From assembly GCA_951406725.2 (NCBI GenBank), contig OX597819.1, positions 94,426,001 to 94,490,000 on the forward strand: 64,000 bases of DNA, given 5' to 3'. Origin of the DNA: Octopus vulgaris (lineage: Eukaryota). Below the pieces are notes generated by a model that saw only the letters and a program-made list of their open reading frames with translations, was not told where the DNA came from and made no database searches. Each line of letters starts with the position of its first letter. The stretch's first letter is position 1. Below, one piece after another: positions 26,659 through 40,500 of the stretch. A program made the translations under genes and the position numbers.

Positions 26659-26870
26659 ATGTTTGTGTGTCTGTGTTTGTCCCCCCACCATTGCTTGACA
26701 ACCGATGGTGGTGTGTTTACATCCCGTAACTTAGCAGTTCAGCAAAAGAGACTGATAGAATAAGTACTAGACTTACAAAGAATAAGTCCTGGGGTCGATT
26801 TACTTGACTAGAAGGCGGTGCTCCAGCATGGCAGCAGTCAAATGACTGAAACAAATAAAAGAGTAAGAGT
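26470..26870 (+). mobile_element. SINE family B
   Basis: Near-full copy with internal (TA)n. Confidence 0.9.
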
Positions 26871-27111
26871 AGGTGGGGTGGATGTGATCTCAAATCTGTC
26901 TTAACAACATGAGACCTGGATTATAATACAGATGCAATATATCCAGCAGAGAAATAGGATCAGTATCTATCTTACTCAAGGGATTAATAATTAACTTAAG
27001 ACATGAGATATAAACCAAAGCAGGTTTCTTACCAAGGAAATCTGAAAATTCTACTTAAGATTACAGCAATGTCAAAAGCTAGACCACTTCACTGAGAAGG
27101 TTGTACAGTAA

Positions 27112-27318
27112 TACTCTTTTACTTGTTTCAGTCATGTGACTGTGGCCTTGTTGGAGCACCGCCTTTAGTCGAGCAAATCGACCCCAGGACTTATTCTTTG
27201 TAAGCCTAGTACTTATTCTATCGGTCTCTTTTGCCGAACCGCTAAGTTACAGGAACGTAAACACACCAGCATTGGTTGTCAAGCAATGTTGGGGGGACAA
27301 ACACAGACACACAAGCAT

Positions 27319-27375
<57 letters not shown>

Positions 27376-27541
27376 TTCGACGGGCTTCTTTCAGTTTCCG
27401 TCTACCAAATCCACTCACAAGGCTTTGGTCAGCCTGAAACTATAGTAGAAGACACTTGCCCAAAGTACCACGCAGTGGGACTGAACCCGGAACCATGTGG
27501 TTCATAAGCAAGCTACTTACCACACATCCATTCCTACGCCT
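27112..27541 (-). mobile_element. SINE family B
   Basis: Full copy, inverted relative to 26470-26870. Confidence 0.9.
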
Positions 27542-28321
27542 ATGGCTACTTAACACACAGCTATTCCTATGCCTAATACATGAAACAAATGACATAAACC
27601 CCAGAGAGAATAAACCATTCTAAAAGCTTGGCTTGAAATTTCGGCAAACTTATCGCATCTCACCTTGAAGTTTCCCTTTATGAGCAAGAAATCATTCCCA
27701 ATTTCTACAAAGAGAGAGAGAGAGAGAGAATGCTTCAGCTTATAACAAAAGTAGGTTATGCAGAATTCAAACCAGACACATTAATCACATTCTTGTCAAC
27801 TGCGAGAGAATGTCCTCTAGCTACTACCTTTATAGATCAATCAAGGGATGGGTGATAAAGGTAAATAACAAACTCATTGAAACAGGAGAATCAAAAGAAT
27901 ATTGGTGAATCCTAAGAATGAATAAAAAGAGCAACCAAATTAATATATGACTGATGTGATATTACATTTATGTATTTGTTTTGTAAGATTCCTGGTGTAA
28001 AATTGCATGTTGAAATAGATATTGTTATATAACAGGATGGTCATTTTCTCTTTTGCCAATTAACCATATTTACTATACATTTGTCCTTCACTTCATTTTT
28101 ATTATTATTCTTATTTTAGTACCCTTTGACTGAAATCTTTCGTCACATATCCTGTGACCTCTTCAGCGACTCTCCATCCCATGTGTCACCTCCTGTCCTG
28201 TTTAGCTTATTTGGTCTTTCTGTGGTGTATATCCTTATCTGCTCATACATTTGCATGTGTGCGTGTATGCCCACTTGATATCAATATGGTAAGAAAATTG
28301 CAGGAAAAAGAAGATATCTAT

Positions 28322-28570
28322 GAGTGGTAAGAAGCTTGCTTTCCAACCACATGGTTCCAGGTTCCATCCCACTGTGTGGCACCTTAGGCAAGTGTCTTCT
28401 ACTATAGCCTTGGACCAGTGTGTGTTTGTATGTCTGTGTTTGGCCCCACCCCCACCCCCACCCACCATTGCTTGACAACCGATGTTGGTGTGTTTATGTA
28501 CCCGCACCCTAGTGGTTCAGCAAAAGAGACTGATAGAATAAGTACTAGGCTTACAAAGAATAAGTCCCCA
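28322..28570 (+). mobile_element. Internally deleted SINE family B
   Basis: Head plus 3' module; middle part missing. Confidence 0.75.
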
Positions 28571-29502
28571 AAACATTTTCAGTATAACCATTAATACTAA
28601 AGTGATGGAACATGTACCAACCTGCTTGGGTCAAATCATGACTAATCTCAGATTCTTGGAGAAAGAACACAGCTCCATAATGTCCATGCAACAGATGATC
28701 TTGATAGCTGGGACAATGAATATCTACAAGTAGTGGTGGCTCATAGATAAAATTAGTGGGAGCGCTGCTTCAGAAAATTTTTAGCTGTTGTCTTAATATT
28801 GTGTAAAAGGAACATAAACTTGATCGGTTCACGTTTTAGCCATTGCTGGGTAGTGTATTTAATTTGTTCACTGAACACTGTCAGGAATTCCCCTTTTTTT
28901 TCAAAATCCCCCCTAAATCACAAAATAAGTGGGGGGGAAATCTGCCCTATTTTTCAAATCCTTGCAGCAACACTGTATTTGGAAGCAGGATAATAATCTA
29001 ATTCTACACTTTATCACATTTAAGAATATAAACACAATTTTAAGACACATTCAGAGTCGAAAAGAAACATTACCTTTCACCAGCACACGGGTCAGCACTG
29101 CATGAATGACAGTGCTCTCTCTCCCTAGCATGCAGCTTCCTATCTCAGACATGTGAGCATGTTCACAACTGCAAAACACTGCATTGCAAGAACTGTGAAG
29201 TGCATAGTTCTATTCAAGGATTTTTGTATTTTTTTCATAAATTAAGGGACAGCTACTGACATTAAGCTTAAGGATTATATAATGTACAAGTATAAAGAAA
29301 GAATTAAAGAAAAAAATAAGACTCATCATTATATTGAATGTTATCGATAATATCGAGTAGAAATAGGGGGTGCTGCAGTTCCGCAATTCCTAGACACAAG
29401 CTGCCACTGTCTGCAAGACATTCTTAAATTATAAAGGGTGAATGTACATAGGATTACAAAAGGAACAAGAATTCTTTTGAATTTTTCTTTTCTTTGCAAG
29501 AT

Positions 29503-29860
29503 GCAGGCATGGATGTGTGGTTAGAAAGTTTGCTTCCCAATCACATGGTTTCAAGTTCAGTCCCACGGCATGGTTCTTTGGGTGAGTGTCTTTTACTATA
29601 GTCCCAGGACAACCAAAGCCTTGTCAGTGGATTTAGTAGATGGATACTGAAAGAAGACCATTGTATATGTACACATGCATGTGTGTGTGTGTTTCATTCA
29701 TTCCTAATCTGCCATGGAAACATGTGCAGCTATAGAGAAAACTACCTTGCTTGGTAACAGGTGAAGGTTGGTAACAGGAAGAGCATCTGACCTTAGAAAT
29801 CTGCCTCACTGAATTCTGTCTGACCCATGCTAATGTGGAAAAGTGGACATTAAAATTATA
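29503..29860 (+). mobile_element. SINE with family B head and RTE-type tail
   Basis: B head, then GGTTGGTAACAGGAAGAGCATC...GACCCATGCTAATGTGGAAAAGTGGACATTAAA. Confidence 0.7.
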
Positions 29861-31369
29861 TGGATGGGGTGGTTTTAGAGAAGGAGAATGGGAAGAGAAG
29901 GAAGAAATGGGAAGGGGAAAGAGGAATCAGATGAAGGAGGGGGATAGGGGAGGGAGGGGAAGAGGATGGAGAGGGGAGGAGGAGCCTTATTGCCAAGCAG
30001 ATGGTCAGTTCAAACCTAAAAGTGGACCACCACTGGTTTATGTATCATGAAAGTGGGGAGAAGGCTGAGAGTGTGATGGCATAAGATGGACACAACTTCA
30101 AGGTAAGGATAGAGAAAAGGGGTAAAGAAGATGGGGAAACTTCAAAGAAGAAGTATGTGGCCCAATTTGACATTATTATTCCATACAATGGACTTGCAAA
30201 CAAAAACCTATGTTTAATGACATTATCAACAGCTTTGGGGCATATAGGAATTTACTATCTGGAAGAAAGGTCATGAAGATAAGCAACTCAAACTCAACAT
30301 TCTAACACTTACTACCTGGAAGCAAGATCTTAAAGGTAAGCAACTCAAGTTCAATATTCTAACATTCTTTTGCAGGTTTGAATTAAGCCTCTCACTGTAG
30401 CATTTTTTTTTTTTTCTGAAAATTTCTTCAGATTTCAGTTTCAAACATTGGAGATGTGAATAAAAAGAAATGTCAAAAGTATATTTTTCTTTTTTGGTTC
30501 TCTTTATTTCTTCCCCTTCCCCCACTTTTCCGTTTCAGTGTATGCTACAGGCTGTAGTTTTTTTCTTCTAGGATTAAAATTAAGGGTCGGGGTTAGAGTT
30601 TAGGATTTAGATTTTGGGGGATAAGCCTGCAATTTGGGTTTAGGTTTTTAGCTTAGGGAATTAGGGTTGGAGCTATATGGAGAAGAAGGGATATAAATAA
30701 TTAATTTTGAACATTTTTTATTTTAGAATCATAATCACTTCTGTTTAAAATATACAAATTCTGAAGAAATGTTGTATATAAAAAAAAATGTGGGCTTTTT
30801 GGCTTGAAATTTTCCCATTATTTACCCAGAAACTTTACTTATAATTTAAATATATTACCATGCCAATTTAACAGTAATTCCCCTCAGTCTTTAGCCCCTC
30901 AGTCCAATGCTGGATATTTCAACTAAAAACAAAATTCTTCCTTTACGAAGGTAACGGAAAACACACAGACACACACACATATATACTTGCGCACATACAT
31001 ACATACATACATAACTACACATACGTAAATTTGTATGTACACCCAAACACATTTATACATACACTCATAAATGTACACACAAATATATATACACATATAC
31101 ATTCGTGTAAATAGTCACACATATTCATATACACACTTTGGATCTTTTCGATTTGAACGGCAGTTTTTAACATAATTTCTAGGTAATTAAAAAACTTTAA
31201 ACTTCGCTTCATTGTTTTTTTCCTAGAAGCGATTCCTTTTAAGAGAAAGTGAAATCCTATTCTTTACGTTAGAATTACCTCCCTTTAATCTATTCCATTT
31301 GATGTTGCTTTGGAGCAGTGTTCGCTTGCCGACGTTGCTCCATCGATTTCGCAGAATTTTAAGTGTGAA

Positions 31370-31417
31370 ATGGCTACAAATACTACTTCGCGTGAATTCT
31401 GTTCATCTGTATTGTGG
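31370..31417 (+). CDS. ABCC1: ABCC1-like exon 1 (MATNTTSREFCSSVLW)
   Basis: ATG followed by 48 nt ending TGG|GTAAGT. FC...LW motif as in MRP1 exon 1; phase 0 fits exon 2; surroundings are CpG-richer. Confidence 0.85.
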
Positions 31418-32452
31418 GTAAGTTATTCTATATATATATTTTTTTAATGTATTTATTTCGTCCTCTATTTTCTGCCCGGTTTTCGTAAAAATTCATAGTT
31501 CTTGCATCATTTGCACAGAGCCTTCTCTCTGCCTATAATTATTTTCGTCTGAAATTGCATTTATATCAGTATTTCTATTCTATTTAGCGGCATTTGAATA
31601 GATTACCATACATATATACATACAAATATACACACATTATATATATGTATATTGATAACGAATACAGTTGCATAAAAAGCAGCGTGTAACCTTTCATTGT
31701 TCTTTTCAACTGCCCACACTATTTTTCGTCATGTAACGAAAAATAAAGACATTAATTGGATTTCTTATCCCATATAATGCTTCGTTGGTTTCATCACTGT
31801 CATTGTGATAGTGAACCGGCAAAGTGTGACTGCTTTTTAGTTCTTTTTGTTTCGTACATCGTGTTTGTGAGTTCGAATCGGTAAATGTTTATATAGTACT
31901 GATTATAAACGTACTTTTTAATATTCGTTCAAAGACGAGTATATTCATTTTCGAAAGTCGGCCTAATGTGTCTAGTATAAAGAAATTATTATTGGCAACA
32001 AGATATAATCGGCATAATCTCTTGTCTTTTTTCTTTGTACCTGTTGACTCATTAATTTACTAATGACCATTGTTTGCGCTTCTTCGTTTTTACCCCGCAT
32101 GAAGAAAAAAAAAATCGATGAAAAGGAATTTTTTTTTTTGTGTGTGTGTGGATGGGTATTCAGTAGCGTGAGTGACCGAATATTCCACATATACGTGTAC
32201 CCTTAACGTAATACTCAGACAGGACCAGCGTGACTCAGCATGGCTAGATTCTTGAATTTCCATTGCAATCCTTCCGACGGGCTTTCAATTTCCACTCACG
32301 AAGTGTTGGCTGGCCCATGGTATGTGATTGAACCCGGAAAACTATTCAGCCATGCTGCTGCATACTATAAAATATATATGGATGCTTCGAAAGAATGCCA
32401 AATATTAAAAAAACCGCCAATGTTTACTGGGGTTTTTATTCTTTTTTTTATA

Positions 32453-32489
<37 letters not shown>

Positions 32490-34502
32490 CTAATTACGTA
32501 ATATTTTCATGTAGATCGAAAGCAAATTATTTTACCACCGAAATTTAACTGGTTATTTGCCTAGCAAATGTGTTTCACATTTCTTTTTGTTCCACAAGTT
32601 TTCATCAAAAATTATATATAATAATAGAAAGACTTACGGTATAGTCAGAAAGCAATTATACACTAGTTTAAATTTCATCATCTCATGAGGACCAATGAAA
32701 AAAAATGGTAATAAAGAGGCGCTCCATCGTTTGCTTTATTTAATGTTGCTTTAAAACAAATTTATCGCATCTAACATCTTCCTCTAACGCCCGATATTTT
32801 TTTATTTATTATTCTTATCTACATCTGTCTAGTTAATAACTTTTTAACTAAGTTATTAATTAGTTTATGGATTTTAGACTTTAGTTAATAATTGTCTTTG
32901 TAGTTGCATAATCACATTGCGCCTACACTTATGCACATACCGAAAGTAAATTCTCTTACTCCTAACGCACGTTATAACAGTCTCAAGTCAGGTAACACTA
33001 ACACAGCTATCAACACGCACACGTTAGTAAATCAACAAACGTCGAAGCGTGTTTGTAAACAAACCAGATAAGAATGAAAGAGAAATCTTTAACGTTTTTG
33101 TCCATGATATAAATGTAGACACCGATCTCCGTCCTTCAGTAGTTATCCTGGTGCAAATTCTTAATAGTTATTCAATCAGCTTTTATGTAAACAAGTTGCG
33201 TATGCAGATGAGAATAAACTTTTTAGTTAAGTCTTTTGTAAAATAATTTGAATCATATTTACTCATAAATTCTGGCTGTTGTTCGCATAAATAATTGTTT
33301 ATAATTTAACTTGAAGTCTCGCTTGAAAACGTTTCTTTTTTTTATATTTTATTTTCATATAAATATGTATATCCTTTAGAACATTGTTATTTTATAAGAT
33401 TTTGCTGCCAAATTTTTAAATTAACCTAAGCATTTATTTACACGAAAGAAAATTACTGTAGAACTTTCGTCCAAATCTTTCTGTCAAAACTATTGAAACC
33501 ATTTGTGGGAATTTTTTTTTAATCACTGCAACTGTTCGCACACCTCAACCTATTGAAACAAGCCATCACGCTCGCAGCATTACCACGGGCGAGGCTAAGG
33601 CGTTCGGAAGTCTTGCCGCCCTCCCTCCGAACGTCCCAAGCGCAACAGGTTGGAAGAGGTCCCGATACTTCAGGGTTTTCTTCCGTTTGGCTACGGAGCA
33701 GTGACCCTCTCATTAACACCCAAGATGTGGGTGGTAGCAAAGGAGTCGCAGACTGTGACGTCCCAAATGAGGCACCTAACTCTAACCTAGGGACAGACTG
33801 TACGACCTTCTGGTCTCTTTCCATCACTTCTGGATAACCCCGACGACTCCAGAACTGGAGGGGGGGGGGTGTTAATCCTAGCCAGGGCGTTTATTAGGTT
33901 TAGCTCGGTGTGACGAGCGAAGCGACCAGCATTTAGGCGGCAAGACAGACTTGTGGAGTCGAAGGGCCTACCACAGCGGCATCTCTGTCCCCTACAGACT
34001 ACTTTTTTTTTCTCTTTTAAATACAAATTTCTAAGTGGAGAATAATATATAAGTTGGGTTTTTTTTGTCTCTTTATCAATCGTTTTTTTTTTAAACTCCA
34101 AAACGAAACTCCGTTAATATTGTCATATTTGGGTTTTGTTATTCTGCTTCTTTCATTACGAATTATTTAGATTAACTGATATCAGTATTTTATTTTGACC
34201 ACAGTAAATCGTTGAATTATATTTAGCGCTATTCAGCCAGTTATATAATGGCTTATAATTTTAAAATGACTTTTATTACATGACTTTATTATTTTCATTT
34301 ATAGATTGGTCATTTTGATAATGGCTCATCTCCAAATGATATTGTGCAGATAAACTTAAAATCGGGTCTCAGTTTCCTAGTATGCACTATCTTCAGCTGG
34401 GTGGCTTTGCGGAAATTTTGCACCGAATGACAGCAATACTTTTAAAAATAGCATCTTGTGCTTTACATTTTACTCCCTGCTGATACTTGATTAAAAACTC
34501 TC

Positions 34503-34536
<34 letters not shown>

Positions 34537-37500
34537 ATTTAAAATGACATCTCAGTTGTTTTTGCAAGTAACTTTTTTTTTAATCTTTAAATAAGCGATC
34601 TTTGGTTTTAAATAAAGATCGCCAACAATCATCATAGATGTATTTAAACAAAATACATCGAAGTGTTTAAAAAAGTTGGCGATGGGGGAGGGGTGAGTGC
34701 CTTCGTGTGGTTAAACTGGTAGTTTTATGAATATCTGTTTTGATCTTGTTAAATTTCTTCCAACCGCTTGAGGAATTTTGGATTTTCATCTGATTGTTTT
34801 TAAATTTTAAATTTTCTACTGGTGCAGTTTTTCTTGCAGATGATGATAATAGGAATTTCAAACATATTCTAGAATAAAATGCTCTGCATATACCACATTA
34901 ATAGTTTTTCTTCCAGTTGACACTCAAGTTGGCACTTGTCATACTCCATAAGCTCGTTCTGCGCCTAATACTTTTGGTATCCACAAGTAATCTGTAATTT
35001 TACCGTAAATAGAACATGAGTATTAATTAACTTGGCGGGTGATTAATATTCAATGCACGAGATGCAATTACGTAACTTTAAAATTATGGCCTTTGTTTTA
35101 TGAAGTGTAGTATTGTGGTTTGAAAAATTATTAAAAGGTATTTGATCTGGTTATCATTTGTATGTAAAGAGAAATCTTTCGTTTTTCTCTCTGAAAGCAC
35201 TCTTTCACCTTCACGGGACCATTGGCACGAAGTACCAAGAGATTCTCCATTGAAAGCTAAAAACGAATAGGGCGTGTAAAAAAAATTGGTTGTACGAATG
35301 CATTAAAGGAGAAGCTGAAATTTTATTCATACATATTATATTCAGTTGTTCAGTACAAATATTTAACATTTCGAACCTTGTCTATCAACTTTGTAGGAGC
35401 TTTGACAATTGTATGCTTACAAATATCGTACCATAAACAAGAGATTTTATTCTAGGAATGTCTGCTTGTTTTTCTTTCCGTTGCAGTCCATTTTCTTACA
35501 AAAGTAGTTAAACAAAAACCAGGTCAATTGGTACAGTTCAGAAGTAGCCTTAACAATTTATTTTATTTCTACCATATACTTGTATACTTTGGCATACGCA
35601 CGTCAATCTAAGCCTTGGTGAATTGATCAAAATTAACTCATCAAATCTTGGTAATCTGCAAGTTTATGCTACCATTATAGGTAAAGTAGAAATACTAAGT
35701 TTAAAAAGTGATTAAAATTAAGGTTCACCATTGACGTTAATGCTTAGTAACAATACTTTTTTTCCTTCATTAATATTCGTTATTGTTGTCAAGGCCAGCC
35801 TGATGGAGCACGCATTCAAACCTTAGATTTGATCATAGTCTCTGAGACAAAATTAATCGGACTAGAAAGTTTCTTTTAAACCATTTTCCTGAATGTAAAT
35901 GCTACTTTGAGGTTGTTGTTTTATATATATATATATATAGGCAAAAGTTGCTTTTTCTAGTTGGTAGTGTACTTTGTTAAATAATAATTTAAAAAATCTA
36001 CATCTAATCGCTAACGTTGTACTTGAAAGATGTTTTTCTCTTTTCCGATATTTCTTTTTCCTTTTTAATGATTTCTTTCATTAAATTTCAAAGAATTTAT
36101 GCCAGGCTTAGGCAACATCTCTCGGGAAGTGAGCCTTGTACCTAGGTTATCATCAAAAATGTTTATTGTGGACAGACATATCTCCAAGAGAATATATCTT
36201 TTGCTCCAGTCATCGCCCGCATGTCCTATTGAGTGTATGACTAAGTGAACATGAAATATCGTCAGGCGGGCCGAAGAGTTCAAGGTAATTTTTCGTTGGA
36301 CATGCCATTCAGAAAGTCCCACGAGTTGCAGTTTACCTATGACTGATCTATACCTTCTGAAATTAAAAATATACAGAATAATAGCATTAACTGTCAAAAT
36401 GTTCAGTCAGTTTTCGTCAATAACAGCTTATTTTACATTCTACTTCATTTCGTATATTCCTCTTTTAATATGGCTTCAATTTTCTTCTTAAATACTGTTG
36501 TATGTACACGTTCTTTTCGGCAGTATTTAATATATATTCATTTGTGAGATAAAATGTCTCCCTGATAATGTGATAGAAATAATTGCAGAATCGCCTTGTT
36601 TGACTGATAAGCAGAAGGCTCTGTTTATTTCATTAAATCTTTATAATATAACACTATGTAAGTCCATTAAGTGAAAGCGTTAACCGAAAATGGAAATTGT
36701 TGACTAAGCAATTTCATTCTTGACTCCAACCATTCTGAGTTCAAATCCTGACCTGTTACAAGAATAGTAAAAACTGAATTAGAGTGAATATTTTCAAAAC
36801 CCATAGGTTTATTCTTCGATAAAAATTGAATAAACAAATTTTTATATCAAAGCTTTACTTTCGAAAATCTAGAAAATACGTAGAAAGCCAAAATTGTAAG
36901 AACACTTAAAATCAAACTGGAAACTATTTATGAAAACGTATTTTTAAAATTAAAATAAACATTTAAAATGCCTTGATAAGTTACCAACCTGAAGCATCCT
37001 TTTGGGGCATGGAACTGATTTTAAAACAAGGGTGAATCCCAGAAAACTGGGACATCTGGACATTCTAATTACATACCATGTCATAGGTGCACGTCGCACT
37101 GGAATTTTTGTGTTAGAAATCAGTAATTATTTATTGAAAACGCATAATATTATTGATTGGGTGGTTTTCCTCTCGAAGAGTACATAAAAAATTGTGTATG
37201 CCTATCACAATTGTTGTAGTTCACAACTTGTTAAATAGGAGATACTTTTAATAATACAGACTTCCACATGTTATTCATTCAAAATACACAATTCTAATAT
37301 CTACAAAATGATTTATCAGGTTTGTTGTTTAGCCCCAGGTCATCTCACACAAAATTATTGAAATTGTTGTATATGTGCAGGCATGGCTGTTTAGTTTAGA
37401 AGTTTGCATTCCAACCACATTCTTTTGGGTTCAGTCCCACTACGACACCTTGGGCAAGTGTCTTTACTATAGTCCCAGGCTGACCAAAGCCTTGTGAATG

Positions 37501-40500
37501 AATTTGGTCGATGGAAACTCAAAGAAGCCCATTGTGTATGAGTATTGGTGTCTCCTTGTCTCGACATCATGCAATAGTTATAGAGGAATACCACCATCAT
37601 ACAACCAGTGTTATTCATTTCCATTTCTCAGTGAAAACATGTCAGGCCATTTGAAAGTATTACCTTGCCTGGGAACTTGTGAGAATTGGCAACAGGAGGG
37701 GCATCCATCTGTAAAAATCTGTAAGGAATATGTTAGTGAATATCTTCTCTTGTACTTTCGGGGTACAAGAAAGCAATCACTAGCCGTTGCTTTAATAATC
37801 CAGAATTCTACCAGTCAGAAACAACAAGACGCAGACGTAAAATATATATACTACTTTATTCTCTTTCTTGGTAACAATAACAATAAGTGGTTATCTGATG
37901 TCCTTGGTTCGGGGCGCGCAAGGCTGAAAGTTAATCGATTGTAATATTTACAATATTCAGCCGTTAAAACCAGAACGGGTTCAAGATGGCGTCGAACAGG
38001 GAAGTTGAATGTGGTCGGCAACAATTTGGTTAAAGGCATTCGGCCGACTGCTGCTAGAATCAAGTCCTGACGGAGAGAGAATATACGTGACCGTTGCCTT
38101 CGATAGCCATGTCTCAAAGTCCCCGCTGACTGCTGCTAGTGGTCAAACGTTCTACGACCCCCTTGCCTCGCTAACTACCACGTAGGCAATAGGGTTCTTC
38201 TTCCGGTGCTTCGCGCATGCGTGAGAGGGCCCCTCCTTTCTGTGCCTTGGTGAAGGCACCAACACTCGCACGCGCGAAATAGAAAATGGATGGTGCGCGC
38301 GCACGCACCGTTATAGGATCACTACAAGGCTCCCCTCCAGTGCGTACGCACGAAAGGAAACTTATTGTAGTGACTGCAAAACTCAAGGTGGACACCAGAT
38401 AACCAAATAGCACACAATAATATAATGGCAAAATTTATAACATACACAAGAAATTTACTAAAGGAAAAAGAGAAAAAAAAAATACTCAATGAGCAAAAGT
38501 CGAGTGCATGCATGAAAGTGTATACGTCACAAAGTATAAACCCTTCCGCTGAAAGGAGCGGAGGGAAAGCAAAACTCACAGTTAATGAACCTAAACGAAA
38601 TTAAAATCCAACTTCTCTAAAGGTGGTTGATCCTGCAAAATAGCAGTTAAATCAATTGCTGCAGGAGAGGAAATGGAATTGGCAGAAGCTCGCTAGTAAC
38701 ACAAAAGGCAAAAGTGCAAACATGCTGGTGTGATGCGCGACACAGATAATTTTCTGTTAATTACGTGACCAACAGTGGTCTAACAGGGAAAAATAATTAC
38801 GCCCATACATAGGCGCAGCGCATGTGAACATCCGACATTCTATGAGTCGGGAAAAGAATTAGGCTAACGCAAACGTGTTGCAAAAAACAAGGCAATACAC
38901 GTGCGAAGCAAAAGGCGCATGAAATGCAATAGTGCTTGCCAGACCAAAAAACAGCAAGAATATGCCAGTGGTTGAGCGATTATATGCCTCGTTCGTACAG
39001 GAACAAAGGTATGACATGCTGGCGCGTTATAATGGACAAACAACCCTCTCTATGTATACGTGACCGCTAGGGTCTATAGAAATGAGGTGTGTCCACAAAA
39101 GGCAAATTTAGCATGGAAAAAACAAGCGAGAAAAGCATGTGTGACGTATGTATGTGAGAGATAGCATTTATGTGTGTGTACGTGTGTGCGACAAAAATAC
39201 ATACAAGGTGAATGCGAGCAAAATATAAAAATAAATACAGCGCATAGAAAAATGTCTCTCATGTGCTATTTCAGACAAGAGTTAATTTACCAGTCTGTAA
39301 TAGCCTGATGCACAATAGCAGTTCGTTCTGTAACAGAATGTTGAGATCACAAATGCAGATGCCGATTGAGCACATATCGTGTAGCGGTTGTGGCTTCAAT
39401 GCTGTGACAGGTTAACTGGAACAGAAGAAATCTCATAGATAGTGCTGGGCTGTGAATTCTTGGTGTGCTAATGCACAAACGGCAAGTGGACCAAACTTCC
39501 GCGAGTTGCTATGTACATCTTGGTGGAGGTCGACGGTGTTGAAAGGCGACGGTGGTGGTGGCGACTGTAGTGGACTTGAGACAACATCGTTCTTAGTGAT
39601 GATGGCGACGACGTGAAGTAGAAAAACGACGATGGCGATGACGAAGGTGGAGAAAAGGCATCGAATAGATGATGGCGTCCGTCATCATGGCTGTAGAATA
39701 AGAAAGAGGCTCCTTCTACAACTGTTTGTGGTGGCCGGAAACAAATCGTCGAAAGATGAATGCGTAGAGTTAAATCGTGTTCCGACTTCGCAGAAAAACT
39801 GGATTTCTTTGTTGTTAAGTGATCTCTGGTTTTAGACCAGAATCACGTCGGGGTCACCAGTGTAACGAACTTCGTGAGTGAGAGTATATCTGATGTCCTT
39901 GGTTCGGGGTGCGCAAGGCTGAAAGTTAATCGATTGTAATATTTACAATATTCAGCCGCTAAAACCAGAACGGGTTCAAGATGGCGTCGAACAGGGAAGT
40001 TGAATGTGGTCGGCAACAATTTGGTTAAAGGCATTCGGCCGACTGCTGCTAGAATCAAGTCCTGACGGAGAGAGAATATACGTGACCGTTGCCTTCGATA
40101 GCCATGTCTCAAAGTCCCCGCTGACTGCTGCTAGTGGTCAAACGTTCTACGACCCCTTTGCCTCGCTAACTGCCACGTAGGCAATAGGGTTCTTCTTCCG
40201 GTGCTTCGCGCATGCGCGAGAGAGCCCCTCCTTTCTGTGCCTTGGTGAAGGCACCAACACTCGCACGCGCGAAATAGAAAATGGACGGTGCGTGCACGCG
40301 CACCGTTATAGGATCACTACAAATCTGCCTCAACAAACTTCATCTGATCTATGAGAGCCAGGAAAGATGAACATTAAAGTGATGTTGATTGTATTTAAAA
40401 GCAGTGAATTAGCAGTTTTTTGAGCATCAGATGAAGTGCTTTGCAGTATTTATTCTGACTCTTTGCATTCTGAGAGAAATTAAGTATAGAATTAAGTGTT

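Noticed and set aside
30570-30672. Interstitial telomere
   Set aside because: Only scattered degenerate TTAGGG-like words, more likely an internal repeat of a decayed element.
37851-40112. Duplicated 88-89 aa ORFs (MRHGYRRQRS...)
   Set aside because: They lie inside the two LTRs and have no recognisable domain.
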